Shown: piece by piece, positions 12,116 through 24,425 of the stretch
How the letters are laid out: each line of letters starts with the position of its first letter
Numbering within the stretch: the stretch's first letter is position 1
Assembly (NCBI GenBank): GCA_038496445.1
Contig: JALMLS010000634.1
Coordinates: 1 to 36,979, forward strand
Source: Trichosphaerium sp. ATCC 40318
Taxonomy: Eukaryota; Protista; Tubulinea
Direction of reading: 5' to 3'
DNA: 36,979 nucleotides
The notes under the pieces: model-generated
What the model was told of the DNA's origin: nothing
The model's database searches: none
What the model saw: only the letters and a program-made list of their open reading frames with translations
Position numbers and translations under genes: made by a program

Positions 12116-12416
12116 ATGTGGAATGGTGAAAACGGCAAAAACGGCAAAAACTGCAAACGAAAACTTGTGGGTAATAACTAACTACCCTTTTGAACACTTG
12201 GGTTTTTTTTTTCGAACTGAACACAGTGTATAATGTCTTTGTATTGTGTTATAGCGCTACAGGCACAAGGAAAACAAAATTATTGTTATTGTAATGAATC
12301 AGTAAACACAAAACCAGAACCGTAGCGCAATAACAATTCAACAAAAAATCTCATATCCAGTTAACACTGACTTAAACTACTTTTGTACTATTTAACCTCA
12401 AGAGTGACAACACGTC

Positions 12417-15400
12417 ATGACAGAACCACAAAGTGAGGAAAACAAATGTTTAACAGGTAAAAAAAAACAATACTCAAAACCATCTCTATTCAGTACAGGA
12501 ACCTTAGCAGTTAAACCAACCAACACTCTCTATCATTCAAGTGCTCGTGTAATTGAACTTGTGATTTTGTTTGCAGGTTTGTAAGACGTAGTAATCTAAT
12601 GGCTGATCAATTATAGCAACGAATGGCTATAAATACATTGTTTCAACATTAATTGATGTGAATGCCAATCTTGATGCTGTTGATTATGATGAATATACAG
12701 CATTGATGTATGCAGGTAAGTAATGTGACAATATTAAAATACAATATCTAAACTGACATTACTATTTTAGCAAAAAATGGACACGATTCAATTGTATCAA
12801 TGTTAATCAATGCCAAAGCCAATCTTGATGCTGTTAATTATGATGAATATACAGCATTGATGCATGCAGGTAAGTAATGTGACAATATTAAAATACAATA
12901 TCTAAACTGACATTACTATTTTAGCACAAAATGGACACGATTCAATTGTATCAATGTTAATCAGTGCCAAAGCCAATCTTGATGCTGTTAATTATGATGG
13001 ATATACAGCATTGATGTATGCAGGTAAGTAATGTGACAATATTAAAATACAATATCTAAACTGACATTACTATTTTAGCACAAAATGGACACGATTCAAT
13101 TGTATCAATGTTAATCAATGCCAAAGCCAATCTTGATGCTGTTAATGATGATGGAGGTACAGCATTGATGTATGCAGGTAAGTAATGTGACAATATTAAA
13201 ATACAATATCTAAACTGACATTACTATTTTAGCACAAAATGGACACAATTCAATTGTATCAATGTTAATCAATGCCAAAGCCAATCTTGATGCTGTTAAT
13301 TATGGTGGATATACAGCATTGATGTATGCAGGTAAGTAATGTGACAATATTAAAATACAATATCTAAACTGACATTACTATTTTAGCACAAAATGGACAC
13401 AATTCAATTGTATCAATGTTAATCAATGCCAAAGCCAATCTTGATGCTGTTGATAGTGATAGATATACAGCATTGATGTATGCAGGTAAGTAATGTGACA
13501 ATATTAAAATACAATATCTAAACTGACATTACTATTTTAGCACAAAATGGACACGATTCAATTGTATCAATGTTAATCAATGCCAAAGCCAATCTTGATG
13601 TTGTAAATACTCCTTTTAATTATGGTGGATATACAGCATTGATGTGTGCAGGTAAGTAATGTGACAATATTAAAATACAATATCTAAACTGACATTACTA
13701 TTTTAGCACAAAATGGACACGATTCAATTGTATCAATGTTAATCAATGCCAAAGCCAATCTTGATACTTTTAATAGTGGTGGATATACAGCATTGATATA
13801 TGCAGGTAAGTAATGTGACAATATTAAAATACAATATCTAAACTGACATTACTATTTTAGTACAAAATGGACACGATTCAATTGTATCAATGTTAATCAA
13901 TGCCAAAGCCAATCTTGATGCTGTTAGTGATGGATATACAGCATTGATGCATGCAGGTAAGTAATGTGACAATATTAAAATACAATATCTAAACTGACAT
14001 TACTATTTTAGCACAAAATGGACACAATTCAATTGTATCAATGTTAATCAATGCCAAAGCCAATCTTGATGCTGTTAATTATGGTGGATATACAGCATTG
14101 ATGTATGCAGGTAAGTAATGTGACAATATTAAAATACAATATCTAAACTGACATTACTATTTTAGCACAAAATGGACACGATTCAATTGTATCAATGTTA
14201 ATCAATGCCAAAGCCAATCTTGATGCTGTTAATACTGGTAAATATACAGCATTGATGTATGCAGGTAAGTAATGTGACAATATTAAAATACAATATCTAA
14301 ACTGACATTACTATTTTAGCACAAAATGGACACGATTCAATTGTATCAATGTTACTCAATGCCAAAGCCAATCTTGATACTGTTAATGGAGGTAGAAAAA
14401 ACCCTGATTCAGGTACCATTGCAATTTATCTTGTAGCACTATTTGTTGGAAGGAAAATTAATGTTGTTAGTTTTATCACCTGATAAAGAAAAGTGGCAAG
14501 ACAACCCTCTTGTGTTATTTAAAGGAGTGATATCAAATGCCCCTTTTTTTGTTGACTGGTTTATAACATTTTTAAAACGATGTCCAAGTGGCAAACAATG
14601 CCACACACTGTGGAAATCATGTTCATCATTTGCAACCAAAACACTGGAAGCACTTTCCTTTGAATTAATGGATAAAGATAAAATGATAAAGTGGTTTCGT
14701 TTCTTGGTATGCCTACATTATATAATATCCTTTGTTGATTATTAATATACAACCTTCAGCCAACACGTTCATATTTTAACCTGGCAATGGAAAAAGGTAC
14801 ATGTTATTTAATATGCTCTGTATTCGATCCCAAAGTTGTAATGTCTCCAGTACGATATCCACAAATCATAAATACACTTTTGTAACACTCTTTGTTTATC
14901 AGGACTTCTGGAAACAAAATGGACAATTAATGCAAGGTATCTTGTATGATATGCCTGATGATGCATGGAGCAATACAAATCAAAATGAGTACTTAAAAGA
15001 CACCACTGCAGGTAACAAGTCACTGTTTCTGTTACAAAAACTAAAAGGTATTACAAAAGGGGTGAAGGCTGAAAACGCATGGAACCTGAATCCGCGATTG
15101 TATTTTGCAAACAATTGGGACAGATCTAATAGCACGTGCGTTCAAAGAGTTGTCAACTGTTGGTTTTAGTTTATTTATTTTACAAAAAGAGGTGTTATTG
15201 TAAAGGCAACGCACTATAGAAGACTGAATCTTCTTGATAAAACTGACAAAGTGGCTGTCAGAGAGCTCAAGATCCTCAAACAGGAAATGTCGAAAATGCA
15301 TGGATGTGACAATTATGATATCATTGAAGCAACTCTTGTTTACAATCATATCTTGACAGAGAACTTTGGTCGATCCAACAAAATACTAAAACACAGGCAT

Positions 15401-16737
15401 CAGTAAGTATTATCAGCAGTGTTGCTGAATCTAAGTGAGTTTATTTTTAGAGAATTGAACATGTTGTTTAAAAAGCAAGATTGGAAAAAGGATACCTGCA
15501 AAGAGTACAAAGAGAGAATTTACAAAAAATACAATGCCATACCCACTCAAAATGATACAAATACCAATAACAAAGACATCTCAGAACAAGAGGTAATGTT
15601 CATCAAAAAAGTATGCACTTATATACTTGTTGTTTAGTTGCCAGTGATATTGATGGCCCACGGAACAACTGAAGAAGCGGCTTATAGTATTGTGAAGGCT
15701 GGTTTTACTCCGAGTGGTTTAGCTGCTGGCTACTATGGTCAAGGGATCTACTTCACAGTACGCACAAAACAACATGACATTCTATTCACTTTAGTTTTTC
15801 CACTGTAGCGGAGTATAAAGTATGCTTGTTCATACGATACTAAAGGACAAAAAGAAAAAACAGTTATTTTGAGTCTCGTCACTCCTGGCAACATATATCC
15901 TGTACACAAACAAGAATTTTATATCATATTAATTAATGACTACAAAAGGTAAGCCCAAACAACAAGCTAAGAGGAAAGCCAATAAAACCAGGCTATCAAA
16001 GTCATTACACATTGGTAGATCGTAAGGGTAAACCTGTCACTGAAGATAAAGTCGCCAATGCAGTATACGATGAGCTTGTTGTTGCACAAGGTAATTCTTT
16101 AAAGAAAGTGAAGTTTCGATCTAAATCTAAGCATCATGTTATCAGATACTCAAGCTGTTGCTCGATATGTCATCAAAGTTGCGCGAAAACAAGGAAAAAA
16201 GAAAACACGCAACACAAATAAACCCAATAAAGGAAATAAAAAGGCAGAGAAAGGAGAAAATAAACAAACTGAAAAAGATCACGTTTCAGATGATCTCTCC
16301 GATTCTGAGAATGATATTCTTATTAGTAACCGGTAAGACATCACAATTTAGGTTTCCTGAATAGCTTATATTGTTGTACTAGAAAATTGTGGGCTTCTCA
16401 TGTGGACTCAACTGACGACCAACTGTCAACTAACAACAACGTCAATGATGTCAGTCTTGAAATAGAATTAAGAGAGGCCAACCATGAGGTTGACAAACTA
16501 AAGAAGAGCAATGCGAATACGCAGGAAGTTAATGAGAATTTACGGCAAACGTTTGATAAGCATCAACAATGCATAGCCAACTTGAAGCAAGACGAAGGCA
16601 AGTTAATAGAACGTGCTAATCACCTACAAAATGCCCATTCGACCCAACAACAACGAATTGCCACGTTAACAGAAATCGTCACTAGCCTACAAGAGATCAA
16701 CGCCAAACTAGCTCAACTTGAAAGTACAACGAAGTAG
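12417..16737 (+). CDS. Multi-exon ankyrin-repeat / PARP-like ADP-ribosyltransferase / coiled-coil protein
   Basis: ATG 12417 (MTEPQSEENKCLT). 12 ankyrin exons (AQNGHDSIVSMLINAKANLDAVNxxGYTALMYA). ART motifs HGT (15659), GYYGQGIYFT, SIKYA, VILSLVTPGN, GYQSHY and YDELVV (16069-16074). Coiled coil to TAG 16737, AATAAA ~16770. The splice junction at ~14390-14453 is ambiguous. Confidence 0.88.
12617..14412 (+). repeat. Tandem 154-bp exon+intron array (99-nt ankyrin exon plus identical 55-nt intron)
   Basis: Intron gtaagtaatgtgacaatattaaaatacaatatctaaactgacattactattttag starts at 12716, 12870, 13024, 13178, 13332, 13486, 13652, 13806, 13957, 14111 and 14265. Full exons are 99 nt except 13541-13651 (111) and 13861-13956 (96). 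Confidence 0.97.
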
Positions 16738-19399
16738 ATCCATGTAAGCAATTGCCAATATTCTCTCACAAATAAACAATCAGTTAGCTTAACTCATTGT
16801 ACTCTTTGTTTACACCTCAACACAAACTTGTCGCGGCCATACAAAGTGCCAAACATACACCAGAAAAAACACATCTCTAGGATTCACCACAGGCAAGATG
16901 ATTTTGCTCGCGCCAAGCAACAAATAAGCATGACGCTCTCAATAGTTAGATTTTTAATTTGGCTCCGAATGCGAATCTGTTCAACTGAAAATACGGTATC
17001 ATCACTTCCTTTAATACCTACCCACTTGTAATATTACATAGCTATACGTTCACGTTCACTTTTTTAAATGTTGTTGTTACACTACTCTATACAGCATAGT
17101 CAATATAGTCTGTTTGCAACATCACAGTTAGTGCAGTTACTTATACCGGTTAGGTACATGATTGATGTAATAATCCTTCAGCTATCCTCACTTTCTAGTT
17201 AGAACAGATACCAGTTATTTATTTGACATGTGCTGATGTGTATGACAGGTAACAGTACTGTTGATTACGAGTCTTTGAGTCATCCTATGACTTGGAAGGG
17301 ACAGTAACATACGCAGACAAATGAACTAGGCAGAGAAGACTTCTGTATACCTTGCAGTAGCAAACCTCACGATTTCCGCCTAGTAGGCGGCGTCCTTGAT
17401 GTCTTCTTCACGTTGAAAGCCTCATTGAAACTACGACGTAAGCCTAACAGACACCATATGTACATCTGTCTTAGAATGAGGCGTTTTAAGCAACGGAGAT
17501 AAAAAGTTTGTAGAAGTAGCACATTGTGAAAATGCTTTTAAACTCAGTGCTATTGATATTGTAGAAAGGACATATAGAACGTAATACGCGCTTTATTAAC
17601 ATAAAGTGTTGCTAGGTGATTGCAACCACAAAACAAACTTGATCATTCCGTAAGTTTCTCAACTTTCACGTGGCTATTGATTCCGTCAACGAACGTGTGC
17701 TTGCAGTGCTCAATGCGCCAGGCCTACGATTTTGGTAGAAGCAGCATTACCGAGTTAAGGTTTCGAACAGGCAGAAAAAAATTGCAAAACGTTCGAAAAG
17801 GTTTTTCAACTATTTAATCAAACAATAGCGAATACCCTGCAGTGCAAGACCTATCCCCTTAACTTTGTAACCTGCAAGTGACGCTTTTTAGAGCGCTGTT
17901 TCGCGGACCATTTGTTAGTCCGACCGTCACGCACCATTATCATAACGTATTATAACGAGAACCGTACGCCAAAATACAAGAAGTGCGTTGTTCATATCTT
18001 TTCACTGCGTAAGTGTATTGAGAAAGGTTTTTTATTGCGATCACGTGTGGTGAGATACAATCTTGCGCTTAGGTTTAAAAAATATTCTTTCTGTCTGTTG
18101 TTGTCATGTTAGGAGCGATAGACTACTTTACAATGGCGTATTTTAGTGGTAAAAGTAAATGCGTGAGGATTCTCACAGTCTTTTGGTCATACATAGACAC
18201 TTTAGCGCAGCGGCGCGTAGCAGTGGCTATTAGACTGGTTTTATTTTGCGTTTAACCTAATGCCGTTCTTCAAGTGATCGTCCTGGTTTATGTACTGCAG
18301 AATTGTACGCGTATAAACATAAAACCCCGCAGTGAAACAAGCTAATGCCCGAATGAAGTAATACCACAGTTGGTTTCAGTTACGTGACCAGTTGCATGCG
18401 TAAAGCAACTTGCGACTTGCAACAAAACGCCTTTGAGGTTTTTTTGCTCAACTAACACCATAGCAACCCTCAGCACGCGTGTGTGACTATTACACTCACA
18501 AAAAAAAAACAACTAGTTCACTCTGTGCAATAACACTCAACGCAACCTCAGCACTGTATATGCGTGCGCCGTGAGCGTTGTAACCTCAAAACAAAATAGG
18601 ACATAGTAACAAGTGGTTTTGAATGAGAGCCTTAAAAGAAGGATCACTCTGGTGCTTTGTCTAGATACTATGCTACCGAAAAAACATAAGAAAAGAAGTT
18701 GCACAAGAAATTTAATTAAGGTTACCTTATGTTGTATCGACGCCAGGTGGAGTATTGAGAGAGTACAGGTGATGGAGAAAAGACTAAAAACCACAACGGA
18801 GCTGCACGAGGTAACAGTAAACCCTTATCACCTACGAATGGGATACCTCTACAATAAAAGCCGAACAGAGTTCAAGCCAATACTCCTATGTTGTTGCAGC
18901 TTAGGTCTTCCTCCATAAGAAGCAAAGTCATGACTTTTCTTTAACGGTAGTTTTTTTGTTGGTTGAATTTTCATTTTTACGCTTTGTTTCGTTAGTTATG
19001 GTGTACACGTTGTTTTAGTGGTATTATTATAATACAGATTGCAAAGGCTTGAATAAACAAGGTACGGGACTTGAGTTGCACAGAGATCAAAAGCTTTATT
19101 GTTTACATCGACTGCGACGTGACTTTATAGTCCGTTGTTATCCCTTGGTCTCTTTGTTTCAAAAAGTCGAAATAATGCTACCGTAGAGTCACCTACGCAC
19201 AGCAATGCCAGAAATAAACTTTTTGCACTGTTTTTGAGCGAGCGAATCTTCTTTAGGTCAATTCCGTCTTGAGTCAGCAGTGAGCTTGATACCAAGTTAA
19301 GGTGCGTCTTTGAATCCTATTGATCAAGGTGAGGTGACTGTAGGCTAATACATAACCTTTTTAAGAACCTATTTGATTGATTCGGGTGAGGTGACTACA

Positions 19400-20190
19400 T
19401 ACTAATACTCATCCTTGCTAATGATCAGAACATACAATACATAAATTGTATCAAGTACATTTAAACGAATCCCAACATGGACTCCAAAGTATGCGTCAGA
19501 TAATGTCACATGTGATATCTTTACACGTACTGAAAACAGGTAATAAGACACAGAAAAATTATGAATATTATTCGATTGTCCGTAGATGAACCCGTTTCTT
19601 TGATCACTGGTGGAAATGTAGCTGGTGAGCTTGTTGTTGGTGCTTTCGTAGTAGAAGTCATTATTGGAGCTAATGTTGTTGGAGGTGCGGTTGGAGTAAG
19701 GTTGACAGTGGCGTAGGAAATTGATCTATAGAGTGTTAGTTAAAAGATATGAAATGGAGTTGTAAGTGTACCAATAAAACAGTCAACGCCGAGAAAACAT
19801 GTGCTACATAAAGAAAAAAAATCAATCAAACTACACTTTTTATATTTGCTTGTTACTGTTGTAATATCCTTGAGTACGAGGGTCGAAGCATTCGCTTTTG
19901 TCAGTAATACCTAATAAAGGCGGTAGACAAGCTTAAATCAATCGTATACTTGGACAGTAGTTGAGGCCATGAGCGCAGATGGCGCCTTGAAAACAGACAA
20001 TAGCGTCATTGATACAACACCAGGATCGACTCCGCCATTCAAACCACCTGAAAAACCATTCAATACTCACGATCTGGAGTTTAACAACAAAAGCAAAGTA
20101 CGCTCACATAGTCTCATCTAAGGTACAGAACACTGTTCTTCCACAACAGTTTGTGGAGAAGTATTGTACATTCTCCAAAAGTACGTCCAT
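19400..20190 (-). CDS. Putative Cys-rich surface protein with Ser/Thr/Pro stalk and hydrophobic segment (possibly degenerate; ends uncertain)
   Basis: Minus-strand pieces bounded by GT-AG: NCCGRTVFC, WCCINDAIVCFQGAICAHGLNYCP, ECFDPRTQGYY, TVNLTPTAPPTTLAPIMTSTTKAPTTSSPATFPP, RIIFIIFSVSYYLF. Minus-strand AATAAA near 19095. Confidence 0.5.
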
Positions 20191-20351
20191 CGAGAAAAAG
20201 GATAAAATTTAGTGCTCTTTCCACAGTAAGCCGTTGGCATTTTTGGGTGTTTATGTTCACACAAGGAATGTTCGCGTTAGTGGTCGTTGGTAGGTATTGG
20301 AGGTTCTTTTGGTGCCTTAACAAATTTATTGATAACATTAGTTTTAGCCAA

Positions 20352-21870
20352 ATGAAAGTACTCTCAGTTGTTGTTCTTATTGCCGTTAGCGTTTGTTCAG
20401 CGACAATATTGGATTTAGTACTCCTTAAAGATCCAGGAGCTGTATGTAACGATGGATCACAAGCCGGGTAATTTAACACGTGATAAGTACCGCGACAGCG
20501 TTTTCTTACCGGCATTAGTTACTACATTGAAAAAGGATCAAATCCAAAAACTTTCGTTTTGTACTTACAGGGTAAGTGCTTTAAATCTTTAATATCGCCA
20601 CTGACATAGCGTAGGAGGAGGTTATTGCTTTGATAATACAAGTTGTGGGTTGAGGTGGGGAAAAGGAGCTCCTAACCTTATGAGTTCTTTACACTGGGAG
20701 AAAACAATGAATGGACAAGGCATCTTGTCGTCAAACGCTTCACAAAATCCTTATTGGTATGAAGCGACTCGTGTGATGATAAATTACTGTAGTTCTGATC
20801 TATGGACAGGTAGTAAGACGCTAACACCCAATTCGCGTACGATGCTCAAAAGTTTTTTTTTGTCACGTGATTAACTCGTCAAAAATAAATAGCTACTCCA
20901 TGGTTTTACAAAGGCAGCGAAATTATATCTGCTGCAATATCCGATTTAAAGGATAATTACGGACTACGCGAAGCAACAGATGTTTTGTTCACTGGAAGTA
21001 GTGCTGGAGGCATAGGTAACATTGAACACACGTGAGGTCTCGTATTTTGTCTGACTGGAACTTATAAGGCCTTCTCCCCAACGCTGATAGAGTGGCTGAA
21101 ATGCTTCCTACCAGTAAAGTTACTGTACTTGGTAAGTAATCAAGACAAAAGTGGAATAATGCTAACAGCTATTTCTAACAATCGATAGTTGATTCCGGAT
21201 GGTTCTTAGATTTCAAGCCTTACAAGCAAGGATCTTGTAAAGATGTTCCTGATTGTACAGAACAACAGGGTATGTCTCGAGGCTACAAGATATGGGAGCC
21301 AATCGTTAACAAAGGTAAAAGAAAACAAGCACTTTTTTTTCCTTTCCTAATTTACAAGGATGTTCCGCTTCAATGCCACCTGATAAGCTATATCAATGTA
21401 CTCTTGGATACCACGCTTTCCCATTCATTAAAACTGATACGTTCATATTCCAATACCAGTACGTAACGTTACTTATCAGGCATTTGTGGTTAATATATTA
21501 CTAATGTTGTTTTTAGGTTCGATGGTGCTCAGATGGGTCATGATGGCATTCATGAATCCCCAAAATCTGGAGCGGAATTAATATATGCTCAAAAAGCAGC
21601 GAAAAACTTGACTGAAACATTTAGAAGCAGTGGAGCCAAAGGTGTCTTCAGGTAAACGTTTCTATGATTGTTACCTTTCGAAAAACTAAACGTGTTTGTA
21701 GTCCTTCATGTTACTTTCATACTGTACTTCGTGTTCCTTCGTGGACATCTTTGAAGATAGCTGGAAAGAGTCTAGCTGACGTATTTCATATGTGGCGTAC
21801 AGGTACTGATAAAAATCAATTGTATATAGACACATGTAATACGCCTGGGTGCAACCCAACCTGCCTTTAA
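20352..21870 (+). CDS. Secreted pectin acetylesterase / Notum-family carboxylesterase
   Basis: Signal peptide MKVLSVVVLIAVSVCSA. Motifs AVCNDGS.AGYY, LYLQGGGYC, NYCSSDLWTG, GSSAGG (nucleophile), DSGWFLD, QYQFD, PSCYFH, C-terminal CNPTC*. About 9 exons with canonical introns. Confidence 0.93.
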
Positions 21871-24184
21871 ATGAATAAAAAAAACTACCTGCAACTCTGC
21901 TTCAACACGGCGTTTTCAGCGCCATGCTTCACAAAAAACAGCGTCACTCCTATCAACGAAGATTCATTGCGTTACCAATCAATACATGCGTGGTAGACAA
22001 CCACAGTCTTAACTGTTTACTGAACATTAAAAACCCGACTGTACCGATTGTCTGGCAAGGTAACAAATACATTATTTTATTCTGGTTTGCTACTTTACAC
22101 TATGGGTTGAAGCGTTTCCCTTAGAAAGTACCAGTACGAAGTCATTGCTAAACTCTGTATTAAAGAAATAGCCAAAGAAGTTGCTGTTATAAACATGGGT
22201 GGCAGTCGTCATCCTCACTGACGCAATTTGTTACCCTTATAGGAGCGTTGGTATAAACACTTCACATTGAAATGACGAGTATAATCACAGTGAAAGTCTT
22301 GAGTTTTGTTAAAGTAAAGGCTTGCTGACCCTCCTAATTGTTTTTTCTTTTCGAACCGCTGTGCGCGTGAGTGTAACTCCATAGCTAAGGTAGCTAAGAT
22401 TTCAGTAGTACAGCGTTAATTGTGAAGCTAGCAAGTGATTTGACGAGATGTCGTGATAGAGCGAAACAAGTTCCAACACCGGTTTCTCAAAATACAGTTG
22501 TGAAAACAAAGAAAAACCCTTTGGATGGCAAAACCTATTTTCTTTGTAGTTTGCAGTAATGTAGAACGTGCGGACTATTTTTTAACCCGACAGGCAACAA
22601 TGTGTTATTATAAAAACATTATCATAACGAGAACCACGAATTCGTCGACCTGTTTTTACGCTAGGCAGACGCTGTAATCACTTGGGGTTTTTTTGTGCGA
22701 TCACATGTTTGAGATAGATTTTTTTTCGTGTTTTGTTAGTTTCTATCTTCCCCTTGTTTCATTTGTGACACTTTATATTGTCAGGGTAGGCGATGGCTAT
22801 TTAAATTACTGTATTTTGAGCTGAACAGAACCAACAACACTGCGGGCATGAAACCGGCACCAACGAACTCCTTACGCGCCATAATACGCTATCTACTCTC
22901 TAAAGAACATGTACTACAACAATTTTTTCTGCTATTTTGTGTATCTATGACGTAGAAGATTAACATAGTGCCAACAGGCGTTATGTCGAAAAAAATTGAG
23001 TCTGCGGTTTTAAAGTGCTTTTTCCCTACGTCTCATAGCCGTCACGCTTCGTTCCGTTTTTTTTTTTGTTGAGGCTTTGGTATTACTCTTGTTTCTTTAT
23101 AATTGCGCAAGCTGACATCCAGTCGTTTCATTGCCCAACCACAGCAGATAGCCAATATATTGCATTACTAGTATTGAGCGCTAACACCACTACATAAGTA
23201 TTTTTGCAACAACTTTTTTTTTTTGTGTGTTTGATCTTCGTAGCAACCATGAACGCTTCCAACCATTTGTTGTCTAAACCTAAATGATGTAGTATCCACT
23301 GGTGATGACATGTTCACATAGCAATCCGTGTCATTCAGGTTTGAATAGTTGTGATCTAGATGAGATGCCCTCCGTGTACTGCTTCGCCTTGGTTATTTGG
23401 TTCTTCGCCAACATAGTTAACATTTAATCCAAGTGAAAGTCTTGAGTAACCAGTGCTTACACTAATGGTAAAAGAAACTATTTTGTTCTGTTTTCTTCCT
23501 TGTGTTGCTTGGGCACATATAATATGAGGCTCCTTGTAATACGGTAACATTATGCTTACAAGTCAAAAATTTTTGTTCAATCTGCTGTTTTTTTTTTCCT
23601 CAAATGTTTTCGAATTCAATGAAAACCAAGCATCGAAAATATTTTTATTACAGTTTTATACGCACATATACATGTCGCATTAGTGTGCAAAGAATCAGGT
23701 CAAAAATCGATTTTTCGAGACAGCTGTGAGGACTTCTTTCTGGTTTTTTTGAGCCAAAAACGAGGAATGTTTATAAATCTTTTTCTCGTTGAAAATACAA
23801 AACATGTGCATTGACATGTAGATCTGTTGTGGAAAAAATCAGAACTGAACTTGACCGTGTTTGCCATAAAATTTACCTTTCTTATTTTTTTCTGTATTTT
23901 CGCTGTGAAAATTGTTGTGTCATTGGCAGCATGTTATGGATTTATTTGAGCACACTGACCATTCAAAGATACCGACGGTAATAATAGTATTTACATGCTG
24001 ATATCCCAGCCTTTTAGTCGTTATGGTGGCCATTGCAGGTTCATCGCTGCAGTAATTTATGCAGTTACAATATGTTCCTTTTAAGTTTGTTCATGTTTGC
24101 ATAGCTCTTCTCTAGTTTTATCAACCTTATTATTTGCTTCTTGTAACTCTAGTTCAAAACCATCTTACATTAAAACTCTTGTCC

Positions 24185-24425
24185 AGTCACCAGTGATGTA
24201 TATTGTCCATGAAATCAGCTTACAGTATTGTAAGGGTGGTTTTGGAATTTCAAAGTTTGTTGGATGCTGGTTACTTTGGTAAGGGATATACTTCACAGTA
24301 TGTTACAAAAGTACTATGTGTGCTCTCATACCTACTTCTTACACTTAAAATTATAAACCATGATTGTTCACATGATATTTAGGAAAGAATGAAAAAACAC
24401 TCATCTTGAGTCTTGTCACTATAGA
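24185..24425 (+). pseudogene. Decayed PARP-like ART fragment paralogous to the 15638-15900 exons
   Basis: Frameshifted PVMYIVH...SAYSI.KGGFG...LDAGYFGKG(I)YFT|gt with the same donor position as the intact gene, followed by EKTLILSLVT. Confidence 0.75.

Noticed and set aside
12771-14264. DGR-style adenine mutagenesis (variable codons are mostly NNT and an RT lies in the window)
   Set aside because: Most adenines in the exons are invariant, no template repeat is visible, and the RT is a decayed non-LTR type. Selection on codon positions 1-2 explains the pattern.
12716-14319. CRISPR-like array (identical repeats with variable spacers)
   Set aside because: The repeats are GT-AG introns with branch points and the spacers are near-identical ankyrin exons. 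No cas genes; eukaryotic context.
12417-16737. Naming the gene tankyrase (TNKS)
   Set aside because: No recognisable SAM domain or tankyrase-specific catalytic motifs; the repeats are a recent homogeneous expansion.
17930-22960. Patchy similarity between ~17930-18340 and ~22600-22960
   Set aside because: Only short diverged blocks (ataacgagaacc, gcgatcac.tgt..tgagata). Probably an old repeat, but boundaries cannot be supported by eye.
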